From contig OZ024741.1 of the NCBI GenBank assembly GCA_964016885.1, positions 268,894,001 through 268,958,000 of the forward strand: a DNA stretch of 64,000 nucleotides, given 5' to 3'. The position numbers and the translations under genes are program-made. The notes under the pieces were generated by a model. The model did not search any database, was not told where the DNA came from, and worked only from the letters and a program-made list of their open reading frames with translations. Position 1 is the stretch's first letter, and each line of letters opens with the position of its first letter. The DNA is from Eledone cirrhosa (lineage: Eukaryota). Below, in pieces: positions 39,810 to 52,544 of this stretch.

Positions 39810-40416
39810 ATTTACAAATTATCCTCTGTAATTGTTTGATATGTTTATTTTATATATATATATGTCATTCGACTTTTAATTTAATGTTAATAAATGCTCG
39901 GATTTACTACTTAAAATCTTTGAGCTTATTCCACAGTTCGTATGGTGCATGCTTCTGATATTCTCAGACATGGCATCTTTAATCTAATTTTGGTAGTATT
40001 TACGGCTACTAAGTCTGTTAGTAGAGCTTTTTATGTTGAAAGGACTCGGCTGTCGATAACCCTATTCATGCCACTGACTTGACAGTGGGGTGGTGTGTTT
40101 TTTTAAACCACATGCGCTTTTTCGCCGTTATTCCCTAATTTACTTTTAGTGTGTAATCCTAGATAGTTAAATCTTCTCCTGTGCTGATGATCCAACATTT
40201 GACATCTGTGATTCACCAATTACTGGTGAAATATATTTCTTCAATGGAATATATACAAAGGAGATTAATCATTATTGCAAAGTATCCAGGGTTCTTGTTA
40301 ATTTTTAATATGTTACCTCCGTAATTATGTGTGTTTACACTCTTTACAAATTATCCCCTGTAATTGTTTGATGTGTTTATTTTATATACATATGTCATTC
40401 GACTTTTATTTTAATA
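39810..40416 (+). mobile_element. Element with ~73-bp terminal direct repeats and an internal decayed hammerhead-like core
   Basis: 'tttacaaattatcc.ctgtaattgtttgat.tgtttattttatata..tgtcattcgactttta.tt.aat' at 39810 and 40343. CTGATGA-tCCA..TGGt-GAAA-TATA at about 40184-40235. Confidence 0.55.
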
Positions 40417-40954
40417 TTATATGTGTGTGTGGTGTGTATCTGTCTGTATTTATGTCCTGTAACTTGGTACAACAAAAATAGATTGGAAGTATAAAGCACC
40501 AGGCTTGATGTGGTTGACTAAAATCCCTTTAAGGTGGTGCCCCAGCATGTCTGCAATCTAATGACTCAGACCAGTAAAATAGTGTACACACAAAGCATTC
40601 ATATTTATATAAATTATCTACAGTTTCCCATAGTGGATGAAATTGAACCTTACATCATCATCAACAGTCTTTGCTCAGTATGTCCTCTAATATTGCCCTG
40701 TCCTTCTTTATTTGAAATTGTTGTGTTCTTAGAATTGATCTCATCCCCATTTCCTTGCTTTGCCTTTAACTACACCTGATTACCACACATCCATTTAAAA
40801 AAAAAGTTTTTTTTGTAATTGACAAATGATTGAAAAGTTTATTTTTATTAACAAAATGTTAGGAATTTATTTTATGATATCAGAAATCATAAAAAAAAAA
40901 GAAAAAAAAAGATCATTTCATTTATTAGCCACAAATAGCATGCACTGAAAGTGC

Positions 40955-41004
<50 letters not shown>

Positions 41005-41589
41005 TAGCAGAAAAACCACCCATCAGGTGGTTTTCTGCTAGCATGTGTAGTGTGTGTATTGATATTATATGCAAGTATATATACATGTAGATATGATACA
41101 TCAAATAAAATCGTAATTGACAATATACACAGAAATTGAATGAAGACTGTGTTACACTGTCTTATGTAATCAGTAACGTAATCCATGATACATTAAAAAA
41201 AGACGATATTATATATAAACTGCATTAGGAGAAAATTAGTGACAGAAAATTAATATGTTTATTTAAGCGATCGCCACAGGAAGTGTTGACATTTGAAAAT
41301 TTTAAAGAAGTGAATCTTTAAATAAATAATAAAATATATTTAATGAACAGCCACAAAATTAAGTAGATAAATTATGTAATATTCATTCATTATTTATTCA
41401 AAGTAATCCAACTTATTTTACTAATGGGATAAAACATTATAAACTGTACGCAGTCCTGTGCTTCTTACTTTATTATAGTTTAGATTTAAAAAAAAAAATC
41501 TAATCCTTTTGATCATCACTACCCCCAATAATACAAGTCCAAACAGTGTGGGAAAACTCTCTCTGGCATGTAGAACTCCAGGCACAAGC

Positions 41590-41945
41590 CTCTTCATAGT
41601 CCCAGCAGAGAAAATGGAGAAAGCATTGCCCCGGAGGGTAGTGAGGTAGATGCATTGAAATAGCTATTCCAACTCACAGGGCTCATGCCTGAGGGTGGTC
41701 AACTCTGCTCCAATAACATTGTATAGAGAGGTTGTATGAAAACCAATAATGCCACAAGTCTCCACTGCTTCAGGTTTAACAACAAACCTATTAGAAAGTG
41801 GCTGATTCTTCAACTTGTCAGGCAATGACACCTGGGTCAATACATGTTGCATTCCAAATGAGGGGCTTACCACTGCAGAACAGAAGATTGTGATGCTGTC
41901 TGGCTTTTTGTTGCTCTCCTGGCTCAAGCTGCAAAGGGAAGCCAG
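41590..41945 (-). mobile_element. CRE-like non-LTR element, restriction-like endonuclease remnant
   Basis: KKPDSITI, GKPLIWNATCIDP, RFVVKP.AVETCGIIG and RGNAFSI across frameshifts. Confidence 0.7.
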
Positions 41946-42499
41946 TTGTGTCTATTCTTAGAATCAACAGCAACACTTCTTTCCCTATCCTCTCTCTACC
42001 ACATCCCATTACCCCGCAACACCTCAGAATTGACCCCCACCTCTCCCCTTCCATACTCTGCTTCTACCACATGCCATTACTACTCAACATCCAAGACCCT
42101 AGTCTTCTCAGAAATGACCCCCATCACTCCCCTTCCATACCCTGCTTCTACAACATCCAATTACCACACAACAACTATCATAGATTATTAATACCCTAGA
42201 AATTCCAGATAACAAAAAAAGATAATATTGATTTCTAATTTAAGCACAAGACCAACAATTTCTGGGTACAGAAAAGTCAATTACATTGAATGCAGTACTT
42301 GACTGGTACTTTCCTTTTCATCCTACCAAGGTCGATAAGATAAAGTTGACCTCAGTAGTATTTGAACTCAGAACCTAAAGGGGGCCTAATTCAATGCTGC
42401 AAAGCATTTTGTTAAGTACCTCATTCTGACATTGAATTCTATCTCTGCCGGGATGTTATCTCTTGTGATCTTGTTTTCAACTTGAATCATCATCATTAT

Positions 42500-42775
42500 T
42501 TAACCCTTTAACATTTGCATTACTCTATATATACTATTGTATTTACTATTGTATTTACTATTGTATTTACTATTGTATTTACTATTGTATTTACTATTGT
42601 ATTTTAACAGTAAACACTTTAGCTCACATAACCTCGAATCTACAAGATTTTGATGTTATTTATTTTGAGAATCATACTTTAATGTAAGTATGAACAACCA
42701 GTTATGGCCGGTTTGAACAGAAAGAGGTGAAAGAATTCTGGCTGGATACGGCTGGTTTAAATGCTAAAAGGATAA
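42500..42775. mobile_element. TTAA MITE with an internal 12-bp tandem expansion (tatttactattg, about x6)
   Basis: Same orientation and sequence as 49257-49485. Confidence 0.8.
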
Positions 42776-42963
42776 ACATTTACTTTACCATGCTGGTATG
42801 GGTCAGATGAGATTTTTCTGCTGGATTGCAGAATTCTATGACTGTTGCTGTTCTTGATGCCAGCCTTTATTTTAAAAAAATTGTTTTATAAAGAGTGCAC
42901 ATGCAACTGCCGCATGGTAGGGCGTTGTTTGCACACAACAAAAACAAATATTCCCACTTGCAC

Positions 42964-43019
<56 letters not shown>

Positions 43020-43037
43020 GTATATAAGTGTGTGTGT

Positions 43038-43138
43038 ATGACTTCTATTCTACAGGACTAGAACTGTGTCATCCGTATGAAATCATCAGGAATGATGATT
43101 TCATATGAATGAAACAGTTCTAGTCCTTTAGAAGTCAT
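43038..43138. repeat. Inverted repeat of two hammerhead-like remnants
   Basis: Right arm: aTGATGA-TTTCATATGAAT-GAAA-CAGTTCTAG-TC. Left arm (-): CTGATGA-TTTCATACGGAT-GACA-CAGTTCTAG-TC. A third copy (-) is at about 44050-44090. Confidence 0.7.
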
Positions 43139-43264
43139 TTCTATATATATAATAAAAATGTCAATGTATTGAGTACCTTTTTAAACTGTGGTTATCCCCA
43201 GACACAACACAAGAATTTGTGAAGTGAAATCTGTGTTTGATTAATTGAATATTCTGATGACACA

Positions 43265-43341
<77 letters not shown>

Positions 43342-44304
43342 TTTTGTCTTCTCTCTCAAAAACCCACTTTTCTCTCTTTTTATTCTATCTTCCAATGAAG
43401 GATTAGTGCCCAAAACATTAAGTCCTTTTACCAAACAATATCAAGCATTAAACTAATACACTGTCATTGCTTTGTATTGTCCTCCTATGTTGTTTTTCCT
43501 TGTTCACTTTTCTTATGTATCATCATCATCAGCATATGTGTACACTGCATTGAACTTTTAACTATCAGGTAAAACAGTTTTGATACTCCAATTATTAATA
43601 AGTGGTCATGCTGGTGATATGACAAAATGCACTCAGTCCACCCTGTAGGTGGTTGTGTTAGTGACAATGAAAAAAAGCACCCAGTCCCCCTTGTTAGATG
43701 GTTGTTTTAATGTCACAATGAAAAGCACCCACTCCACACTAACATGGTCGGCATTAGGAAGGGCACCCAACTTTAGAATCAATATACAGATCTGTATGAA
43801 CAAGATGTGGTCACCTGGTGAAACATATCTAACTCATGCTAGCTTGGAAAGTGAAAGTTAAATGATGATGATGTATATACACATGCATAAACACGCATGC
43901 ACATGTGCACACACATATACATATATATACATATATATACACAGGCATGTGTGTGTGTTGATCCCGAGTATACCAAGGGTAACCACAGTAAATAAGGTGC
44001 TCAATATATAAGTAGTGTGAGAATAACGAAAATTTAATATAGAAAAGGCTTCTGCAGGACTAGAATTGTTTCATTCATATGAAATCAGGTATATATATAT
44101 ATATGTATATATATGAAAATATATTCACTATAATAACAGCTGATAACTATAGATAAATAAATCAGATAAAATATCCCTGATTTATTAAACTAATATTTAT
44201 AAGTTATCAGCTATTATTATAGTTATCTGCATTGCTGCAACTATATTCTCAAATTTCCCAATGCTGCAAGAGTTAACCAAATGTTGTTCTCTCTATCCCT
44301 CTCC

Positions 44305-44453
<149 letters not shown>

Positions 44454-44838
44454 TACACGCATCAGTAGAAAATGCACTCATTTACATAAGAATTGTAGAC
44501 GAGTTCAGCCACATCACTGGCATGCAATTTTGTGCATTAAGATGGTATTCCACTTGTGATGCCAATTTCAGCAAACAGATTGGAGAACTGCTCTGTCAGA
44601 ATGATGTATATGAGATGATAACAAAACAAAGAATGGACATGGAAATTTACTGGTGTCTTTGGACAAAAACAGAGATAAACATGTAAAAACTGATGACTGG
44701 AAATAAATGGACAATAGACTTAGCATGTATGATGTGCAACATGTTAATGCTGGAAAGAAAGGAAGTCTGCTGCACAGACTCACACTCGCACACCAGCGTC
44801 ATCATTTTTACAGCCGTTTTTCCACGCTTGTATATATA

Positions 44839-44869
<31 letters not shown>

Positions 44870-44873
<4 letters not shown>

Positions 44874-45196
44874 TCATCTTCATTTTACATCCGCTTTTCC
44901 CTGCTTGCAAGGGTTGGACGAGTCCTATTCAGCACAGCATCTCTTCACTTGTCACAGTCCCTCGTCATCTCCTTGTTGAGTTTCAGCAATCTGAGGTCTG
45001 CTCTTACCACCTCCGCCCATGTTTTTCATGGTCTACCGCTACTGCATCTTCCTTCTACTGGGATTTCTTGGCACTTCTTTACCCAGCAGTCATCCTCCAT
45101 GCACATCACATGTCCATACCATCTCAGCCTTCTCTCCTGCACACCACGACTTATCCCTCTTATACCCAGTTTCTTTCTCAACTCATCTATGCTTGT
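44870..45196 (-). mobile_element. RTE family A 3' end (more diverged)
   Basis: Homologous to 21762-22085, with (TA)n on both sides. Confidence 0.9.
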
Positions 45197-45328
45197 ATAT
45201 ATATATATATATATATATAAAGCATGTGTGTTTACAAAATTGCAAACGGATTTTCAATATTGAATTAGAAGATTTTGCCATAATTTTGTCTCAAAGTATA
45301 TTATGTCTAAAAGCTGTAATATATACTG

Positions 45329-45388
<60 letters not shown>

Positions 45389-45909
45389 TGTACCCTTATT
45401 GTATATTGTATATATACTGTATATTTACTGTAATATATTATTGTGTATTGTAATATATTTTATAGTAAAGAGTTAGTTGATATCTGAGTGTAAAGGGAAG
45501 TAATTGAGTATTTGGCTGGGTAAGAGTTAAACATACCAGATTACATTTTAGTGAGGTTTCAATCTTTTGTTTTATTTTATTTTATTTATTTTATTTTAAA
45601 AAATCAAACTAAAACGGAAAAACACTCAACATCCTATACCATATGAAACCACATTAGTAAGGCATTCTTAAAAAGTATAAATCAAAAGTATAAATATAAC
45701 ATTTCACATTTGTAAAAGTACTATAAACATTTGAATTAATCCATGTTTATTTCTTTCTGAGATATTTTCTACTAAATTGTTATAGGATGTTAACAGTTAA
45801 TCAAACCCTTCGGTATATGAAGTCAGAAATTTAATAACTTGGCATCAGTTTAGTTCTAGAAAATGATAAAATATCATTGTTATTTTCTGTTTATGAACTA
45901 TTGTTTTTG

Positions 45910-46125
45910 TTAACCCTTTATCATTTAAACCGTCCGTATCCGGCCAGAATTCTCTCACCTCTTTCTGTTCAAACCAGCCATAACTGGCCGCTCATTCTGA
46001 TATTAAGGTATTGTTCTCAAAATAAATGATATTAAAATCTCATAGATTCAATATTATGTGAGATAAAGCCTTTACTGTGAAAATATAATAGTATATATAG
46101 AGTAATGTAAATGCTAAAGAGTTAA
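45910..46125. mobile_element. TTAA MITE
   Basis: ttaaCCCTTTATCATTTA..TAAATGCTAAAGAGttaa. Reverse complement of 49257-49485. Confidence 0.88.
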
Positions 46126-46794
46126 TCATCTCTGTGTGAATAGTGTTAACATTGGTAATAGCTGGTCTGGATATATTTCATACAAGATGTTCACCAATAG
46201 TTGTAAGATTAGTCATATTATTATTGATATTGTGTTAATATTTATAGCAATATTAGTGATATTGTAGTATTATTAGTGTTATTGTAATATTATTAGTAGT
46301 ACTATAGCTATAGTATTAACTCTTAACATTCTGTAATGATTTAGCAGAAAATATTTTAAAAAATAGGCTTGTTAAATTTAAATGTTTGTAATGCCTTTAC
46401 TGGTGGACAGATCATTGTGAAAATTTGCCGTATTAGAGTAAAGACTTCAATTTTTAATATGATGGAGTCAAGGCTTTTCAAGACGGCTTTGCTAATGGGG
46501 TTTGATGTGGTACAGGACGTTATAACAAGTATTAGTGATATGGCAGTATTAATATTAGTGATTAAACTTTCAGACAATTTAGGGATTTCTAGTTTTGTGA
46601 ACAAGAGAATAAGAGTATTATTATTTTGATCATTGTCTAATGTTATGTTGTGAGATAGGAGAGAGAATTGGTTGGTGTATGACCAGGACCTGCTGAGGCT
46701 CTAATCTATAAGAAATTTGAGGCCCTCTTCTAAAAGAAAATATAATTACTATTTTTATATTAATATTAATGTTAATGATAAAGACTAGAGTTAA

Positions 46795-47128
46795 AGTTCT
46801 GTTATAACAAATACCATTATAACAAATTTTTCAGTATAACAACATTTTTTTCAATCCTGGGTCACATGCTCAATGTGTTAGGTCGATCTTGTTATAAAGA
46901 ATTGCTCATTACAACGAACTTTCTTTTTATATCCTGTGAATTTCGCTCATTACAACGAACTTTCTTTTTATATCCTGTGAATTTCGCTCATTACAACGAA
47001 CTTTCTTTTTATATCCTGTGAATTTCGCTCATTACAACGAACTTTCTTTTTATATCCTGTGAATTTCGCTCATTACAACGAACTTTCTTTTTATACCCTG
47101 TGAATTTCGTTATAATGTAATTTCATTT
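46795..47128. mobile_element. Tigger/pogo-like MITE remnant with a ~41-bp tandem array (x5, 46905-47109)
   Basis: Unit gctcattacaacgaactttctttttatatcctgtgaatttc, with gttataac subterminal motifs. Confidence 0.6.
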
Positions 47129-47492
47129 GGCAGTATTGGTAGAGGTTCGGACGCTGTGCTTTGCAGCAAAGAGTTACGGCCCTTTATGATCTGAGTTCAA
47201 ATCCTGCCGAGGTTAACTTTGCCTTTCATCCTTACGAGGTTGATAGAATAAAGCACCAGTAATGCACTGGGTAATTACTGGCCTTGTGCCAAACGTAGAA
47301 ACAATTATTAGGGGGATTGGCAGTATCGGTAGAGGGTCGGACGTCATGCTTTCCAGCATAGTTATGTCCCTTTACCGTCTGAGTTCAAATCCCGCCAAGG
47401 TTAACTTTGCCTTTCATCCTTACGGGGTAGATAAAATAAAGTACCAGTAATGTACTGGGTAATTGCTAGCCTTGTGCCAAAAAGTAGAAACA

Positions 47493-47520
<28 letters not shown>
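47128..47520 (+). mobile_element. Two tandem full-length SINE S1 copies (47128-47310 and 47318-47495) plus (ATT)n tail
   Basis: Each starts tggcagtat.ggtagagg (A-box-like), has GAGTTCAAATCC (B-box) and ends gtagaaacaattatt. Confidence 0.92.
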
Positions 47521-47526
<6 letters not shown>

Positions 47527-47750
47527 AATATTTTTGATGATTTAGTGTTAAAGAATGAAAAAAATATTTTTGACAATGAGGCCCATGAGGGTGTTTGGCC
47601 CTAAACTATAGATTATTTAGCTTATAGGTAAGCCCAGCACTGTATGGCATGATGTTAGGAGAGAGAGAGAATTAAGTAGGACAGTGATATAATTTGAAGT
47701 TTCATGTAAATTTTGGTATTTTCTAATTTTAGTAAATTCTTTGATTTCAG

Positions 47751-48106
47751 AGAGATGATCGATAAGCAGGTAACAGTGGCAGATGACATCAAGATGCTCT
47801 CACCTGACAGGTGTGCTCACATCCATGGATCTAGTGGCCATGCTGCCTCAGCAGCTTCTTCATCTTCTGGCCATGCTGCCACAACATCCTCCTCCACTTC
47901 CTCCACCTCCACCTCTTCATCATCATCATCATCTTCATCATCATCATCGGCTAATCCTCAAACACCCACATCAACCACTTTGGAAATGTCTGACATGCAA
48001 CAAACTGCTGGTGAAAGCGGAGGAGTACAACTGGCCACAACGGTAGCTGGAGATACGGCACTACTAACGACTGACTTTAAGAAAAAATACGACAGTGTCG
48101 TTGCAG
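47751..48106 (+). CDS. Host-gene exon, probably the first coding exon (ATG 47755); Ser/Thr-rich N-terminal segment of an unidentified protein
   Basis: Acceptor ttgatttcag|, branch-like ttctaat at 47721, consensus donor CAG|GTGAGT and raised GC. Open frame MIDKQVTVADDIKMLSPDRC..DFKKKYDSVVA, ending in phase 1. Confidence 0.8.
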
Positions 48107-48396
48107 GTGAGTTATTACTTACATATAAATGCATCTGTTCACTTACTTTAATTGTTAATATCTCCTATAATGATTTAGCAGAAAATATCTTATTAAAAAG
48201 ATATTCAAATGTTTGTAATAGCTTTACTAGTTGACAGATCATGAAAATTTGCAGTATTAGAGAAAATTACTTTAATGTAATGCAGTGATAGTGTTGTTTT
48301 GTACTTTTCAAGAATGTTTTGCTGGTATGGTTTCATACCATACAGGACTTTAAGAGTTAATGTTGCCATAACATTTTATGGGGCACTGATTGGGGG

Positions 48397-48399
<3 letters not shown>

Positions 48400-48466
<67 letters not shown>
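48400..48466. repeat. (GA)n microsatellite
   Basis: Directly visible. Confidence 0.97.
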
Positions 48467-48470
<4 letters not shown>

Positions 48471-49049
48471 AAATGATAATGATAATGTGAGAATATCTAT
48501 TTAGTAAATAGTGCGGAATCACAAGTAGAAGCTGACTCAGTTGAAGACACACCTTTCTTTCCTACTGGATTCAAAGAACTGGTTTTTTGTAGGGTAAGAA
48601 TTTGGTAGCAGTTGTTTTTATATTTCACCCCTGGCACTCCCTCATCTCTATAAATCAGTCTTCACTTAGCTATCAGTAGTTTTAGAGTTCTTATTTCGAG
48701 TCACTGCCCTTCTAGACCAGTCAACTGCTGTTCAGCTCGTAGGGGACACATCTTGTTTCTAAGTTTTATTTTCGGCATGATTTTTACAGTTGGGTGATCT
48801 TTCCATCACTTATAAAATATATTGGTTATAATATGTAAAGTGGTTAGTAACAGGAAGGACTTCTGGTGCAAGAAAATATATTTAAAAAAATGGAATGTAC
48901 AAATGAGACTGTAGTGTAGACTGTCCATCTAGGAAGGTAGAAAGAAAGTAGAAAGTGTCCCATAACTCCTTGTGGAGTCAGAGGCATCGTTATATGGCAT
49001 GTCTAGGGCACATTTAAACCTGGCGGAGTCCAACCCTCTCCATGTTTGA

Positions 49050-49240
49050 ACACAGCCAATTTTTTCTATAGAGGAAGGATCGATCCCAGTATTGGACTGG
49101 TACTTTTTTTTTTATCGACCATGAAAAGATGAAAGGCAAAGTTGACCACAGCAGGATTTGAACTCAAACAGAGTGCACAAAGAGGTGGGATGAATACCGT
49201 AAAGCATTCTAGCTGACGTCTTAACTACTCTGCCAATTCA
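49050..49240 (-). mobile_element. Older S1-related SINE
   Basis: 'ctggtactttt..atcgacc..aagatgaaaggcaaagttgacc..ggatttgaactca'. Confidence 0.75.
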
Positions 49241-49256
49241 CTGATCTAGGAAGGTA

Positions 49257-49485
49257 TTAACCCTTTAGAATTTACATTACTCTATATATACTATTATATT
49301 TTTGTGGTAAAGGCTTTATCTTACATAATTATCTCACATAATATCTAATCTACAAAATTTTGATATTATTTATTTTGAGAACAATACCTTAATGTCAGTA
49401 TGAGTGGCCAGTTATGGCTGGTTTGAACAGAAAGAAGTGAAAGAATTCTGGCCGAATATGGCTGGTTTAAATGCTAAAGGGTTAA
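49257..49485. mobile_element. TTAA MITE
   Basis: ttaaCCCTTTAGAATTTA..TAAATGCTAAAGGGttaa terminal inverted repeats. Confidence 0.9.
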
Positions 49486-50155
49486 CTTAAAATAAGGACA
49501 GGCTAGAGTCCTCCTCACATGGACAACTTCGCCAGTGTTGGTAGTATGATATAATGGACTTAAGACATTACACAGCACCAAAGTTTGTTGGTGTCCTCTG
49601 TGTGACAGCACATATAAGAAAAAAACAGATTCAAAATGATGACAATGGCTAACATGAAACAATCTGAATATGTAGTTGGTGAGGTGTTGCCATCAAGAGA
49701 GAGAATTTAAGGGCTCCTATGTAAGTTCTCTTGTATTTGTGTTACTAAAAGTGTCACCTACCTTGGTCTATGTTTTAGTTTTTTTTTAGCCAAACAGACC
49801 TATGATCAAAGGCATTCCAGTTTTGACCATCAATCTGAATATGTAGTTGCTGAGATGTTGACACCAAGGGAGAGAATGTAATTGTTTTACTAAGTGTTAT
49901 GTATGTTTTAGGTGTTGTTTAGCCAAACGTAGCCATTATCAAAGACATTCCAACTATGGCAGTCTATGTTTTAATACAAAGCCAAGTTGAGTCTTCTGTA
50001 ATTGCTCTTCTGAGCTGCATCTTTTATCTCAGAGCCACAACCTGCTAGAAGTAGCAGTCAAATCTTCCTCAAATTACATCAATATCTACACAACTTTGTC
50101 TGGCATGACTATGGCTGGAATATTTATATTATTCATTGCTTTTCTGGATGAGGGG

Positions 50156-50290
50156 CAACAGAGGGCATGACTATGTCATTCTGAAGTCTTGCTTTGCAAC
50201 CATGTGGTTCTAGATCTAAACAGCAGAGGGCATGACTGTGTCATTCTGAAGTCTTGCTTTGCAACCATGTGGTTCTAGATCTAAACAGCA
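50156..50290. repeat. ~65-bp tandem duplication
   Basis: 'cagagggcatgact.tgtcattctgaagtcttgctttgcaaccatgtggttctagatctaaacag' occurs twice. Confidence 0.92.
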
Positions 50291-51506
50291 TCTTTTATGA
50301 TTAAATGAATAATTAATAATGTAGTACACATATAGACTGATGTTTTCAGTCTCCTACCATCTTTTTATAGCTATGTTCTCTCCTCCTCTTTCTTCCCATC
50401 TCTCCTCTCACTTACCCTTCCTAAGTTCCGTTGATATCACTGTTGGCTGTTGTAGTGTTTCATATATAGTGAATGTCTTGACTAAACTAACTCCCCCTTC
50501 TTTATTCACTCTACAAACATATGGCTTATGACTTTATGCAACTCTATACCTTATGAAATACTTAACCCATTACTGCCTGTTACCACCACCCCCTTTTCCA
50601 CTACTGCCCCCAGCTTCACCTCCTCACACCCACCTTTCAATGTCAGTATACAATAGTAGTTGACAGGTTGTTGTTGGACCAGTAGTAGTAGTAGTAGTAG
50701 TAGTTTACAGGTTATTGATGTTGTATCAGGAGTAGTAGTAGTGGTGGTGGCACTAGTAGTAGTAGACAAGTTTTTGTATTAACAATAGTAGTTGACAAGT
50801 TGTTGGACTGCCATCACTTCCGACAACCAGTGCTTCATTTGAATCAATGGAACTGCCTGCTCATGAAATTAATGTATAAGTCGCTGAGCAGACAATGTGC
50901 TGCCCAGTCCAGGAATTAAACTCATGGCCTTATGATTGTGAGTCCAGCACCCTAACCACCACACCATGCACCTTCAATTGACAAAATATACCTCTGATAT
51001 AAGTTCTTTAAATCTGTCCATAGCATCAGGTGGAAGCTCATTCAGGTTTCATTGATTTTAAGTGACTGAGAGTACAGGGGTCATGGATGGGACACTAGCC
51101 CATTGCATGGTTAACTCCCAGCTGCTGCTGCTCATTTTTGCAGCTGTACAATGTGGAATGAAGCCTAATACCTTAACCACTAGGTCACATGTTTTCATGT
51201 TATAAATATAAATATTAATTTCTTCATAATTAAATGTTAATTATGTTAACATTTAGGTTAATTAATGAATATGAAAGTTCTTGTGAGAGGAAATAATTGC
51301 ATTTAATGATTGATAATTAAAACATTTTTTAACCCTCTTGTGCAGAATATTTCTAATGAAATACACTTATTTCAATTAATTAATGAAGAGTTTTGAGGGA
51401 TTTACTAAAATTACTTATTTCATTACTGAGAGAGCAACTTAATGCCTGATTCTTATACGTCTATGTTGGAAGAGTTCAATTTAAATAGGAATCCATTAAA
51501 GTTGGT

Positions 51507-52520
51507 GGTTTTGTTCCATGCAACCAAGGCTGGTTTTGTTCCATACAACCAGAGCTAGTTTTGTTCCATACAACCAGAGCTAGTTTTGTTCCATATAACC
51601 AGGGCAGGTTTGGTTCCATATAACCAGGGCTGGTTTTTTTCCATATAACAAGGGCTGGTTTTGTTCCATATAGCCAGGGCTGGTTTGGTTCCATATAACC
51701 AGGGCTGGTTTGGTTCTATATAACAAGGGCTGGTTTTGTTCCATATAACCAGGGCAGGTTTGGTTCCATATAACCAGGGCAGGTTTGGTTCTATATAACA
51801 AGGGCTGGTTTTGTTCCATATAACCAGGGCTGGTTTTGTTCCATATAACCAGGGCAGGTTTGGTTCCATATAACCAGGGCTGGTTTTGTTCCATATAACC
51901 AGGGCTGGTTTGGTTCCATATAACCAGGGCAGGTTTGGTTCCATATAACCAGGGCTGGTTTTGTTCCATATAACCAGGGCTGGTTTTGTTCCATATAACC
52001 AGGGCAGGTTTGGTTCCATATAACCAGGGCAGGTTTGGTTCCATATAACCAGGGCTGGTTTTGTTCCATATAACCAGGGCTGGTTTTGTTCCATATAACC
52101 AGGGCAGGTTTGGTTCCATATAACCAGGGCTGGTTTTGTTCCATATAACCAGGGCTGGTTTGGTTCCATATAACCAGGGCAGGTTTGGTTCCATATAACC
52201 AGGGCTGGTTTTGTTCCATATAACCAGGGCTGGTTTTGTTCCATATAACCAGGGCAGGTTTGGTTCCATATAACCAGGGCAGGTTTGGTTCCATATAACC
52301 AGGGCTGGTTTTGTTCCATATAACCAGGGCTGGTTTTGTTCCATATAACCAGGGCAGGTTTGGTTCCATATAACCAGGGCTGGTTTGGTTCCATATAACC
52401 AGGGCAGGTTTGGTTCCATATAACCAGGGCAGGTTTTGTTCCATATAACCAGGGCTGGTTTTGTTCCATATAACCAGGGCAGGTTTTGTTCCATATAACC
52501 AGGGCTGGTTTTGTTCCATA
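51507..52520. repeat. 25-bp minisatellite, about 40 copies
   Basis: Unit ggttt(t/g)gttccatataaccagggc(t/a). It produces the three 300-aa repeat ORFs. Confidence 0.97.
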
Positions 52521-52544
52521 GGTTGTTTCTTATTGAATGCTGTA

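Noticed and set aside
46356-46629. Overlapping 82-aa and 86-aa ORFs as genes
   Set aside because: No recognisable motifs or splice signals, and the paralogous copy at 48167 does not keep the frame.
46684-47642. hAT-like MITE enclosing the Tigger-like remnant and SINEs
   Set aside because: The right end looks hAT-like, but the left TIR is poor and the 8-bp TSD is ambiguous.
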